Under the pieces are notes generated by a model. That model did not search any database and had not been told where the DNA came from. It saw only the letters and a list, made by a program, of their open reading frames with translations. Positions 27,131 through 36,180 of a DNA stretch of 64,000 nt are shown here, piece after piece. This DNA comes from Euryarchaeota archaeon UBA62. Lineage in GTDB: Archaea; Thermoplasmatota; Poseidoniia; Poseidoniales; Thalassarchaeaceae. A program made the position numbers and the translations under genes. Location of the stretch: assembly GCA_002502095.1 (NCBI GenBank), contig DAPJ01000005.1, forward strand, positions 156,366 to 220,365. Reading direction: 5' to 3'. Within the stretch, counting starts at the first letter, position 1. Each line of letters opens with the position of its first letter.

Positions 27131-27994
27131 ATGAGACCGCTCGCCATGGATGCCTCTGAGAGGATTAAGGGAGTCCTGGATGGTTCTATACAACCTTCAG
27201 AAATCAGTGGCGATGAAGAGCTCTACTACATGGCTGAAAGAATCTATGGAAGGGACGCTTTAGAGAACATGGGAGTAGAGCCTCCAGTAAAGCCACCAGA
27301 ACTTGGAACCGTCACATTAAACGGCAATGGCGGAGTTGAAATACCCAGTTCAGAAGGCTCACAAGAGTCTGAAAACAATCAAAAAATAAAGGTTAAGAGA
27401 AGACGTATAGTTATCCCTCTAATCATGTTCTTATGCTTAATTATTTCTTCATACAATGTGTCTTTTGGATTGGGTTCAGTGATTACATTGTGTTCTGAGG
27501 GGGAACCTGTACAGGAGTTAGAAATGGGTACTTCTTCTCATCTTAACGAGAATGGGACTTTGTATATCGTATGGAATATGTACGGATTGAATAACTATTC
27601 AGAGTATGTTCTGGAGTGGAGTGTGTCTCAAAATGGATCTAGTGAGGTGGTCGAAGATGGAATTAGTGCCTGGAACCTTTCTGAATCTGCACGAATAACC
27701 TCATTTAATTGGATAATAGAAAATCCCCCTTACTCATACCTGTCCACATTATTTGAGGATGGCTTTCCTGTAGCGTGGTCTAATGGCTCCGGAGAGCAGG
27801 TCATTACCGTGCTTTCTGAATCTGGAGAACAGGGTACTTACTGTAACGATAATACAAGATTAATATGGGCAGAGTACTCAAACTTGGAGAGCAAAGAGGC
27901 TTGGGGAGAAGCAGGTTCAGGAGACATTATCGACGGAGCTCTGATAATGATGTTTGTAGGCATGTTTTTGATCACGGTCAGAAAAAGAGCCTAA
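27131..27994 (+). CDS. Hypothetical two-TM protein with an N-glycosylation-sequon-rich extracytoplasmic domain
   Basis: 287 aa. TM1 is IVIPLIMFLCLIISSY, preceded by KVKRRR. TM2 is the C-terminal GALIMMFVGMFLITV followed by RKRA. At least 6 N-x-S/T sequons lie between them. Confidence 0.55.
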   Translation: MRPLAMDASERIKGVLDGSIQPSEISGDEELYYMAERIYGRDALENMGVEPPVKPPELGTVTLNGNGGVEIPSSEGSQESENNQKIKVKRRRIVIPLIMFLCLIISSYNVSFGLGSVITLCSEGEPVQELEMGTSSHLNENGTLYIVWNMYGLNNYSEYVLEWSVSQNGSSEVVEDGISAWNLSESARITSFNWIIENPPYSYLSTLFEDGFPVAWSNGSGEQVITVLSESGEQGTYCNDNTRLIWAEYSNLESKEAWGEAGSGDIIDGALIMMFVGMFLITVRKRA

Positions 27995-29511
27995 TACATT
28001 CTAGCCATGTGATACTTGCTCGTAGTTTGTTCTCCGGTTATTATGCAACTCCTTGTCTTTGAGTATTTTTCAACGCATTCGCCTAGCATTGTTAATCCGG
28101 AGAGCTTCTCGAGGACCTCTGCGTCGGAGTCATTCCCACAGAATGGGAAAGAGTAGACAGTGGCATCATTTAGAGGAGATGAAAACTCATATCCATCGTC
28201 CGACTTGATAATATCTGGAAGTTCCACAACCAGACTATTGAATACTTCATTTGCCCTCACCCTGAGTTCATCGGAAACAGAATCCAGAGCGGAGACGATA
28301 GATTCCTCTAGATTTGCAAGATTAGCTTCGTACTTCTTACCGGTTCTCTCAGTAACGACGAAGCTGCCAGAGTCAATATCTCGGGGCCCGAGTTCTAACC
28401 TAATCGGTATTCCTTTGATTTCCCAGTCAAAATGTTTCACACCTGGCCTAACATCTCTGTCGTCCAAGTGTGTCCTAATACCAATTTTACTAAGACGCTC
28501 ATTAATTAGAGAAATCTCACTCATTACATCATCACGAATGTGTGCCGCAATAGGCAGAAGAACTACTTGGAAAGGGGCGATTGCAGGAGGCATTATCAGT
28601 CCCTGATCATCCCCGTGCATTCCCACTACAGAGCCCAATAATCTCTCAGACATGCCAAATGTAGTTTGGTGACAAAATTTAGTTTCACCATCTGAATCTT
28701 CATACTTCAAATCGAACGCCTTAGCCCATTGGTCACGATAATGGTGGTATGTAGCAACCTGCAAGGTCCTACCATTAGGCATTACAACATCAGCAGCCAT
28801 AGTGTACCACGCACCTGGGAATGTGTCCCATATTGGCCTCTTAGAAACCAGATTAGGAAGGCAGAGATCGTGCAAGATACTCTGGACCATATGGGCATCC
28901 TCAGATATCTGTTCTGTAGCACCTTCCTCGTCCTCGTGTACGGTGTGTGCCTCGAAAAAATGGATTTCTCTAACTCTGATGAATGATCTAGTCTGTTTAG
29001 TTTCGTAGCGGAAGGTATTGACAATCTGAAAGGTCTTCAGTGGGAGGTCCGTATGGCTTCTGACCCATAGGGAGAACATTGTGTACATTGGAGTCTCTGA
29101 AGTCGGTCTAAGAAACATCGGAGAATCTAACTCGTTTTCTCCTCCATGAGTTACCCAGTAAACCTCTTTCTTGAAGCCCGAGTCTTCTTCATCCATTCTG
29201 AGTTCCGAAGGATCTACTCCAGCTTCTCTGGCGGCCTTCAATCTAGATACTAGTTTGTTCTCCTTATCCAATAAATTTTCTGGAACCAGTAGAGGAAATC
29301 TATGTTCATGATGATCGGTCATAGACATCTGATTTCTGGTAAGAGAGTCGATAAGTGACATTGCCTTCAAGCCATACGGCTTCCAAACATCCATCCCCTT
29401 AATCGGATATCTTTTGTCGACTAAGTCAGCTATCTCCACAATAGAGGGGTACCAAGAGTTGAATTCAGACTTTGGAGGAATCCCTCTCTTAGCCTTCTTA
29501 GGGTTGCCCAT
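27991..29511 (-). CDS. proS: Prolyl-tRNA synthetase (archaeal/eukaryotic type)
   Basis: 506 aa with class II motifs, including FRYETKQTRSFIRVREIHFFEAH. The C-terminal domain ends in a conserved Tyr. Confidence 0.92.
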   Translation of the reverse strand: MGNPKKAKRGIPPKSEFNSWYPSIVEIADLVDKRYPIKGMDVWKPYGLKAMSLIDSLTRNQMSMTDHHEHRFPLLVPENLLDKENKLVSRLKAAREAGVDPSELRMDEEDSGFKKEVYWVTHGGENELDSPMFLRPTSETPMYTMFSLWVRSHTDLPLKTFQIVNTFRYETKQTRSFIRVREIHFFEAHTVHEDEEGATEQISEDAHMVQSILHDLCLPNLVSKRPIWDTFPGAWYTMAADVVMPNGRTLQVATYHHYRDQWAKAFDLKYEDSDGETKFCHQTTFGMSERLLGSVVGMHGDDQGLIMPPAIAPFQVVLLPIAAHIRDDVMSEISLINERLSKIGIRTHLDDRDVRPGVKHFDWEIKGIPIRLELGPRDIDSGSFVVTERTGKKYEANLANLEESIVSALDSVSDELRVRANEVFNSLVVELPDIIKSDDGYEFSSPLNDATVYSFPFCGNDSDAEVLEKLSGLTMLGECVEKYSKTRSCIITGEQTTSKYHMARMY

Positions 29512-29559
29512 GTACCGCCGTGTGCGGGACTGGTTTGAACAATTCGTATCATGGGGCCG

Positions 29560-30747
29560 TTAATTTGCCATTAAGGACTCGATTATCTCACAAAGAGAAG
29601 TAAGATTTGGTATTTGTGAGCTTTTGCCGTTAGAATCTAGTAGCCATGCCCTGGGGGAATCAGGATTGTTAAGATCCTCTAATCTGTTTGCAACAACAGC
29701 GTCCATAGAATATCGAGAAATTTGCAAGGATGCCTTCTCCAAAAGTTGTTCCAAATCTACATTACTTTCTAACTTAAATCCAATTGAATAGCATTGACCC
29801 GTTGCCTTCAGTATCATAGGAATATGCTTCTGTGTAGGGGCCATATTGATTTGAATTCCTTCTTTGGAGCTTGGTATCTTACTTTGGAAAGAATCAGGAA
29901 TATAATCTAGTACTGCAGCGGAAAAAATCCAAACTTCTGGTGAGAAGGAAGAGGAGATATTGATTGCTTCTTCTAGCATTTCAATTGGGTGCTCGGCGTA
30001 CATTACTTTTGGTAGATTGAAGTTGGGGTAATAGCTCGTACGACCCGCTAAGCAGAAAACATCATGGCCCATTCTGTACAGGTATTCTGATATTGACCAA
30101 CCTGTTGTTCCTGTAGAATGATTTATTATGCTACGAACATCATCTATGGGTGCAAGATTTGATCCCAGAGTAATTGCTATCCTCTTTCTATTGGGAAGGT
30201 CGGAGTTGAGGATGTTGCTGAATTCAGCAACTATTCTGATATGACTTGGTTGCTTTCTCTTTCCCTCTTTCTCATGGTCAATAATAACATGTGATCCTTC
30301 TGCCGACAACTGAGAAAGGATTTCACTCGTTACTGGGTCATCAAAGAGGTCTGAATGCATGGAAGGGACGAAAATTAATGGTGTATTTTTTCCCCTGGCC
30401 GCCGAAAGCGCCATCATCACTGGAGAGTCGATAATTCCATTCAGATGCTTAGAAATTGTATTCCTGGTTGCAGGGGCTACAATGATTCCGTCATAATCAT
30501 CTAATTGCGACATAGAGGAGTCCCAATTAGATATGATATCACTATTCGAACCCCATGATAGAGCCAGCGGAGTAATTACCTTCGTGGCCTCATTAGTCAT
30601 CATCGGAGAAACATACGCACCGTGTCTTCTGAGCTCTCGACAAAGTTTGATAGATTCCACTGCCGCTATGCCTCCGGTTACTGCCAACAGGACCTTGCGA
30701 CCGGCCAGAGAGTTGCTAAGTTGACTGACGCCAGTGTCTCCGACCAT
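29560..30747 (-). CDS. coaBC: Bifunctional phosphopantothenoylcysteine decarboxylase / phosphopantothenate-cysteine ligase
   Basis: 395 aa. It has an N-terminal flavoprotein domain (VLLAVTGGIAAVESIKLCRELRRHG) and a C-terminal CoaB-like domain. Confidence 0.88.
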   Translation of the reverse strand: MVGDTGVSQLSNSLAGRKVLLAVTGGIAAVESIKLCRELRRHGAYVSPMMTNEATKVITPLALSWGSNSDIISNWDSSMSQLDDYDGIIVAPATRNTISKHLNGIIDSPVMMALSAARGKNTPLIFVPSMHSDLFDDPVTSEILSQLSAEGSHVIIDHEKEGKRKQPSHIRIVAEFSNILNSDLPNRKRIAITLGSNLAPIDDVRSIINHSTGTTGWSISEYLYRMGHDVFCLAGRTSYYPNFNLPKVMYAEHPIEMLEEAINISSSFSPEVWIFSAAVLDYIPDSFQSKIPSSKEGIQINMAPTQKHIPMILKATGQCYSIGFKLESNVDLEQLLEKASLQISRYSMDAVVANRLEDLNNPDSPRAWLLDSNGKSSQIPNLTSLCEIIESLMAN

Positions 30748-30770
30748 GACTTCCGATTGCCGAGTGATTC

Positions 30771-31325
30771 ATGAGTGCGTCGCTCCCGCGAATGATTGAG
30801 ACTATGGGTCGGGGTATGTTTTCTGTAACTCGCCATGTTTCCTTTCTACTTGTCATGCTAGCCATAGTTCAACTTCTCGTAATCCTGAGCTTACCGTACG
30901 ACAGAACGATATTTTTCATTTTTCCAATGATATTTGGCATGATTTTGTTACCTGTATCGATTACTGGTGCCGTTTTACTACGTCTACGTAGGAGTCCTGG
31001 CATCTTCTTATCCACAATTTCCCTAGGTGCATTGGGAATTTGTTTCATGTTCGAGGGTTTCCTGGTAATGTTGATGGGACCCTCTGCTATTGTGGGAGCC
31101 TTGTATGTGCTTCTCGGTATTTCCTCAGTTAGAAGGATAAAGCCACTTAACAACGTCTCATTCAGAAGATGGTTTGAGGGAAGAAATGGCTCTGAAAATA
31201 CTAATCTTGCGGATGAGGAGGTTATGGCAATATGCCCTCATTGTTCCAGCATCTTAGCAGTAATACCATCTCTACTTAGTGAAGAGGATAAGTGCCCAGA
31301 GTGTGATGGTAGGCTTGTCCTCTAA
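30771..31325 (+). CDS. Hypothetical membrane protein with C-terminal zinc ribbon
   Basis: 184 aa with four hydrophobic helices, then CPHCSS...CPECDG. Confidence 0.5.
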   Translation: MSASLPRMIETMGRGMFSVTRHVSFLLVMLAIVQLLVILSLPYDRTIFFIFPMIFGMILLPVSITGAVLLRLRRSPGIFLSTISLGALGICFMFEGFLVMLMGPSAIVGALYVLLGISSVRRIKPLNNVSFRRWFEGRNGSENTNLADEEVMAICPHCSSILAVIPSLLSEEDKCPECDGRLVL

Positions 31326-32452
31326 GGCCTCTCAAGTACGATTGTGATACCCATTCCCCCGCCTATACACATTGTCGCTATTGCCCTTTCTGAATTGGTT
31401 CTGTCCAGAATGGATGCGGCCTTTCCTACAATTCTCGCCCCGGATGCCCCAAGAGGATGCCCTATTGAAATAGCGCCTCCATCGATATTGACCTTCTGAT
31501 AGTCAATCGACAATTCATTGATCACAGCAATACTTTGTGAGGAAAAGGCCTCATTAATTTCGAAGATATCGATATCGTCGATATCCCATCCTGAACGTTC
31601 GAGAGCTTTCTGAGTGGAGGATATGGGCCCAATTCCCATCATATCGGGAGGGCACCCAGTTACTGCACTGGTAACTATTCTTGCTAACGGTTCTAATCCA
31701 TTCTTTTCAGCAAATTCAGAGCTACAGACAAGCATACAGACTGCTCCATCTGTCAAGGGAGAGGATGTAGCTGCCGTTACCGAGCCATTTTCCCTGAATA
31801 CTGGATTTAGTTTGGACATTGCCTCCAAGGACGTGTTCCTTATGCAACCATCTTCGTCTATCATATCATCGTCTGAAGTGATTGAGCAAATCTCAGATTT
31901 GAAGTATCCGTTATCCCTCGCATAGATTGATTTAATATGCGAATCTAGAGCAAACTCTTCTTGGGAAGCTCTAGAAATATTCCACTTATCGGCGACATTC
32001 TCTGCAGTAATCCCCATATTTATGTAAGCGTCAGGAAATACTTTCTCAAGATCGGGATGAGGGCTCCAATTGAATCCCCTTCTCTTGATTCTACTCATTG
32101 ACTCTATTCCCCCGCATAGAAAGCAATCTCCCCAACCACTCTCAATGTTTGATGCTGCGACGAGTATGGCCTGCATTGATGACCCACATAGCCTATTGAG
32201 GGTCATCCCAGGGACACTGTCAGGCATTCCACCGAGAAATGTGACTAGCCTGCCAATATTGTATCCCTGTTCTCCTTCAGGGTATGCACAACCTATTATG
32301 ATATCATCAATATCGCCTAGGTTGATGGGATTCCTGTCCAGCAACGACTTCGTGACTTGCCCCAGTAATTCGTCAGGACGTGTTTCTGACAGCTTTCCCT
32401 TGTGTGCCCGATGGAAAGGGCTCCTCATCCAATCAACGATTACTGCTCTCAC
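31322..32452 (-). CDS. Acetyl-CoA C-acetyltransferase (thiolase II type)
   Basis: 376 aa with active-site LNRLCGSSMQA, C-terminal NIDGGAISIGHPLGASG and CIGGGMG. Confidence 0.9.
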   Translation of the reverse strand: MRAVIVDWMRSPFHRAHKGKLSETRPDELLGQVTKSLLDRNPINLGDIDDIIIGCAYPEGEQGYNIGRLVTFLGGMPDSVPGMTLNRLCGSSMQAILVAASNIESGWGDCFLCGGIESMSRIKRRGFNWSPHPDLEKVFPDAYINMGITAENVADKWNISRASQEEFALDSHIKSIYARDNGYFKSEICSITSDDDMIDEDGCIRNTSLEAMSKLNPVFRENGSVTAATSSPLTDGAVCMLVCSSEFAEKNGLEPLARIVTSAVTGCPPDMMGIGPISSTQKALERSGWDIDDIDIFEINEAFSSQSIAVINELSIDYQKVNIDGGAISIGHPLGASGARIVGKAASILDRTNSERAIATMCIGGGMGITIVLERP

Positions 32453-32556
32453 ATGTCTCGGGAGGCATAGAGGAAAATAACCCTTGGTGGTGGAAACGTT
32501 GGAACATTATCGACCGAGAGGTTCATGAGAAGGCTTCAACTGGCCCACCTGATAAT

Positions 32557-33246
32557 ATGATTAGAGAGTGCAGCATACATGGATATTTCTCGGATGATGA
32601 CCTATGCCCTGCGTGTAATTCAGAGGGAAAATTCATCATGAGGGGGAATGAAAGAGATTCACTGGCGAGAAGGTTAGCATTAGCGCTTAGGCACGCTCCT
32701 GAGAAGTTTGATTTGGAGATGGACATCAATGGCTGGATTGATATCAAGGACATAATAAGGCAATTTAAGAAGTCTAATGAGAGAAGATACCATTGGTTGA
32801 GGCCACATCACTTCAGGGCAATTGCAGAGACAGATCCCAAGGGAAGATACGAAGTTAGAGGCAATGTAATCAGAGCTACTTACGGGCATAGTCTAGAAAT
32901 TGAGTTGGATCTTCCGACAGATAACATCCCCCCCTCTCTGTTCTATCCCTGCTCTCCAGATGAGGCGGACAATCTTCTTGAGGTTGGCATTTCCCCTAGT
33001 GGGAGGTCTCATGTCCATCTTTCAGCTACAGTAAGATCGGCGGCTGAAGCTGGTAAAGTCCATCACAACAGACCTATGATATTGGAGGTAGATACAGCGT
33101 CTATGGTCGCATCAGGAGAGACAGTATGGCATGCAGGAGTTACCGTTTACTTGGTAGACTCGGTAGCTGGAGAATATCTGAGTATACTACCAGATGACGA
33201 CCCAGAGTTCCAGCTGGCTAGGGCAAAGTGGGATGAAGAGGAGTAG
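32557..33246 (+). CDS. kptA: RNA 2'-phosphotransferase (Tpt1/KptA)
   Basis: The ORF-track start at 32380 would overlap the thiolase gene. The ATG at 32557 gives a Cys-rich N-terminus, then LALALRHAPEKFDLEMDINGWIDI, TYGHS and HVHLS motifs. Confidence 0.85.
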   Translation: MIRECSIHGYFSDDDLCPACNSEGKFIMRGNERDSLARRLALALRHAPEKFDLEMDINGWIDIKDIIRQFKKSNERRYHWLRPHHFRAIAETDPKGRYEVRGNVIRATYGHSLEIELDLPTDNIPPSLFYPCSPDEADNLLEVGISPSGRSHVHLSATVRSAAEAGKVHHNRPMILEVDTASMVASGETVWHAGVTVYLVDSVAGEYLSILPDDDPEFQLARAKWDEEE

Positions 33247-33594
33247 TTAATTCTCTTCTCCACAAATAGGACAGAAACTGAGATCCTCCACTAAATCAGA
33301 GGAGCACTTGACGCATTTCTTACCATCCTTGGTAGAGACGGCATGGTCCCTAGTTTCTATCGACCTTACAGAGGAGCTCCTCTCAATGAATGGAGCCGGA
33401 GATTCAATAGACTCTAATTTCTCTAAAGACTCTCTGAAGAATATTGCTTCTGATATCGCAGATTCGATATGCGATCTTCTCCTATCCCTCTCGATAGGAT
33501 CTTCGATATGCTGTGTAGCGACTAGCTTAGACTGAAGCCATCTTTGAAAGATTTCGATTTCCCCGGCGTCGGACATATATCTTCCAAACCCCAA
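33247..33594 (-). CDS. Hypothetical protein with C-terminal zinc ribbon
   Basis: 115 aa with CVKCSS...CPICGEEN at the C-terminus. No family recognised. Confidence 0.45.
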   Translation of the reverse strand: MGFGRYMSDAGEIEIFQRWLQSKLVATQHIEDPIERDRRRSHIESAISEAIFFRESLEKLESIESPAPFIERSSSVRSIETRDHAVSTKDGKKCVKCSSDLVEDLSFCPICGEEN

Positions 33595-33658
33595 TAAGAA
33601 ATGAACCTTTCAATAATACGATAGGAGAACCCAAATCTAACCAGTACCTCAGACCTAC

Positions 33659-34453
33659 ATGGCTGCGAAGGTGGTAATGAAGTTGGGAGGGGGGCTAATC
33701 ACGGATAAATCATCATTTAAAACTGCCAAAAAAGGAGTTATTGACTCCATATGCAGTGAGATTTCTAACATAATTGACAATGGACATTCAGTAATACTGA
33801 TTCACGGAGCCGGTTCATTTGGACACCTACTTGCCAAGAGGTGGTCTTTAGCGGGAGGTATTAATGATGAAATTTCTGAGCAGCAACGTGATGCTGTTGT
33901 GAAAGTTAGATCGGACATGGCAGAACTGTGTGAATATGTGACTGATTCTTTGAATAGTTATGGAGTCGAATTTGCAGTTTTTCCACCTTCATTATGGGCT
34001 ATGGAAACAGGTAGGGACTTCATTGGGGACTTGGATATCTTCGAGAATACGCCTAAAGACATCGTTCCAGTTTCCTTTGGAGATATTGTCAGGGTTAGCG
34101 GAGGGGCAGAGTTTGGCATACTTTCAGGAGATGATTTGATGGCTAGGATATCACTCGAATTACCTTCGGTGACACATTCAATTTTCCTACTAGGGGACGT
34201 AGATGGAATGATGGATATGCCACCAAATACAGAGGGATCAAGACTAGTGCCAATTTGGACTGCTGAGGAACATATCGAGACTTCGCACAATTCCGAACAG
34301 GATGTTACAGGGGGAATTGAGTTGAAGGCGGCTAGAGCTTCGCAGATATCAAGAGGTGTTGATGAAGTTTGGTTCATTAATGGAAATCACCCAGAAAGAA
34401 TTAGTCAGCTTCTAGATGAGGGCTCCACCATTGGTACCAAAATACTTGGATGA
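33659..34453 (+). CDS. ipk: Isopentenyl phosphate kinase
   Basis: 264 aa amino-acid-kinase fold with KLGGGLITDK and ILIHGAGSFGH. Confidence 0.88.
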   Translation: MAAKVVMKLGGGLITDKSSFKTAKKGVIDSICSEISNIIDNGHSVILIHGAGSFGHLLAKRWSLAGGINDEISEQQRDAVVKVRSDMAELCEYVTDSLNSYGVEFAVFPPSLWAMETGRDFIGDLDIFENTPKDIVPVSFGDIVRVSGGAEFGILSGDDLMARISLELPSVTHSIFLLGDVDGMMDMPPNTEGSRLVPIWTAEEHIETSHNSEQDVTGGIELKAARASQISRGVDEVWFINGNHPERISQLLDEGSTIGTKILG

Positions 34454-36180
34454 TTGGATTCTGTTATATGTCGAGGGTTTCTCGGAATGTCATGGTTGAT
34501 GGTGCCAACGCTCTGTCTGGGTATGACAACTCGCAGGCCGAGATGATGGCTGAGCGTTGTATTCTAGTTGATCTAGAAGATAATATGATTGGATCCGAGA
34601 GTAAATTAGTCTGTCATAATGAAGAAGGTCTGCTTCACAGGGCATTCAGTGTCCTAATATTCGATTCCGAGAATAGATTGTTGATTCAACAGAGATCCCA
34701 TGATAAAATCACATTTCCCGGAATATGGGCAAATAGCTGTTGTAGCCATCCACTAGATATTGAAGGAGAGAATGGGGACCCGATTCAGGGCTGTATTAAT
34801 GCGGCGAAGAGGAAGCTTCCCCAGGAGTTAGGAATACAACATGATATTGCGAACTCTATGGAATTCTTCCATCTTGGTTCTTTTCAGTATAAGTGCAGAT
34901 GGAACGAAGAATGGTTAGAGAATGAAGTAGACCATGTTTTGATAACAAAAGTCGATTCATTAGAGATTATTCCTAATGAGAATGAGATTTCTGACTACAA
35001 ATGGATAGGTCCTGAAGGGATTGGACATATTATGGAGGGTTCTGGTGAGTGGGAAGGAGAAATTGTGGCTCCATGGTTTAGACTACTGTGGAGAGAGTTT
35101 ATCGCGGAACGGTATCCACATTTTGATGATATTAAGGAGAGAAATGGAGTTGTTATATTCGGAGATGTTTCGATAGAAGGTGAGCAGGTTTCACCGGGTT
35201 CTTCATTGATGGGCGCATTAAAGGAACACAGAGAAATCGTGGAGAACGAGATTCTTTCTAGTTTGTCTAAGATTAAGCAAGAGAGATTACATGGTGCTAT
35301 GAAACACCTATTCACTGGAGGCGGGAAGAGACTCAGGGCAATTATGCCTAAACTTGTAGGAGATGCAGTAGGTGGATCGAATCCCGGACATAATACCCTA
35401 GGCGCATCCATAGAAATAATTCATAATTTTACCCTAGTACATGATGACATCATGGATCAGGACCCAATCAGAAGGGGCTTGGACGCTGTTCATGTTGCAT
35501 ATGACGATGCTACAGCGATAAATGCAGGTGATGCAATGCTAGCTGTTGCGTTTGAGATTTTGGCTGAATCTGAGCATATTGCATCTGATGATCTGGTGTT
35601 CTTGGTGAAGTCTATTGGAGAGATGGTTAGAAGAGTCGCTGAAGGGCAGATGATTGATATGGAGTTTGAGAAAAGAGATGTGGTCTCTGAAGATGAGTAC
35701 ATAGAGATGATCGCGGGGAAGACCTCTGCAATGTTCGAGACATGTGCTATGACAGGTGCAAAGCTTTCAGGAGCATCCGAAGAGGTTGTAAAATCTCTAG
35801 CTGAATGGGGACTAAACATGGGACTATGTTTCCAGCTAATGGACGATTTGATAGATATAACTGGTGACACTGAAACTCTAGGAAAGCCTGCTGGATCGGA
35901 TATATTGCAAGGAAAAAGAACTCTGATTGCTATTCACGCTCTGGACTCGGGAAATCATCTGCCTTCTTTCACTAAGGCATATGGCTCTGGAGAGTGCTCT
36001 CCTGATTTACTAGCTGAAGCCGTTCAGGAACTGCATGACAACAACTCCATAAAATATGCCAAAGACAGGGCAATGTTTCACCACTCTAAGGCTCATTCAT
36101 GCCTAGATATACTAGATGAGTCAGAATCACTAACAATTCTAAGGGAAATGACCGATTTCCAGTTGGTCAGGATTAATTGA
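34450..36180 (+). CDS. Fusion protein: type-1 isopentenyl-diphosphate isomerase (Nudix fold) + geranylgeranyl diphosphate synthase
   Basis: 576 aa. The N-terminal half has HRAFSVLIFD and WANSCCSHPL (type-1 IDI). The C-terminal half has the FARM LVHDDIMDQD and SARM QLMDDLIDIT motifs. It has an ATGA start/stop overlap with ipk. Confidence 0.88.
   Translation: MIGFCYMSRVSRNVMVDGANALSGYDNSQAEMMAERCILVDLEDNMIGSESKLVCHNEEGLLHRAFSVLIFDSENRLLIQQRSHDKITFPGIWANSCCSHPLDIEGENGDPIQGCINAAKRKLPQELGIQHDIANSMEFFHLGSFQYKCRWNEEWLENEVDHVLITKVDSLEIIPNENEISDYKWIGPEGIGHIMEGSGEWEGEIVAPWFRLLWREFIAERYPHFDDIKERNGVVIFGDVSIEGEQVSPGSSLMGALKEHREIVENEILSSLSKIKQERLHGAMKHLFTGGGKRLRAIMPKLVGDAVGGSNPGHNTLGASIEIIHNFTLVHDDIMDQDPIRRGLDAVHVAYDDATAINAGDAMLAVAFEILAESEHIASDDLVFLVKSIGEMVRRVAEGQMIDMEFEKRDVVSEDEYIEMIAGKTSAMFETCAMTGAKLSGASEEVVKSLAEWGLNMGLCFQLMDDLIDITGDTETLGKPAGSDILQGKRTLIAIHALDSGNHLPSFTKAYGSGECSPDLLAEAVQELHDNNSIKYAKDRAMFHHSKAHSCLDILDESESLTILREMTDFQLVRIN

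Noticed and set aside
26663-27193. 176-aa antisense ORF over the transketolase C-terminal subunit. Similar long antisense ORFs occur at 45857-46426, 14107-14568, 2916-3329, 34995-35411 and 57520-57945.
   Set aside because: All of them are nested in or opposite confidently identified genes. They have low-complexity composition and no recognisable domains, so they are most parsimoniously spurious.
32380-32556. Upstream extension of the kptA ORF, overlapping the thiolase gene by 73 nt.
   Set aside because: The extension has no Tpt1 similarity. The ATG at 32557 gives a normal-length protein and removes the overlap.
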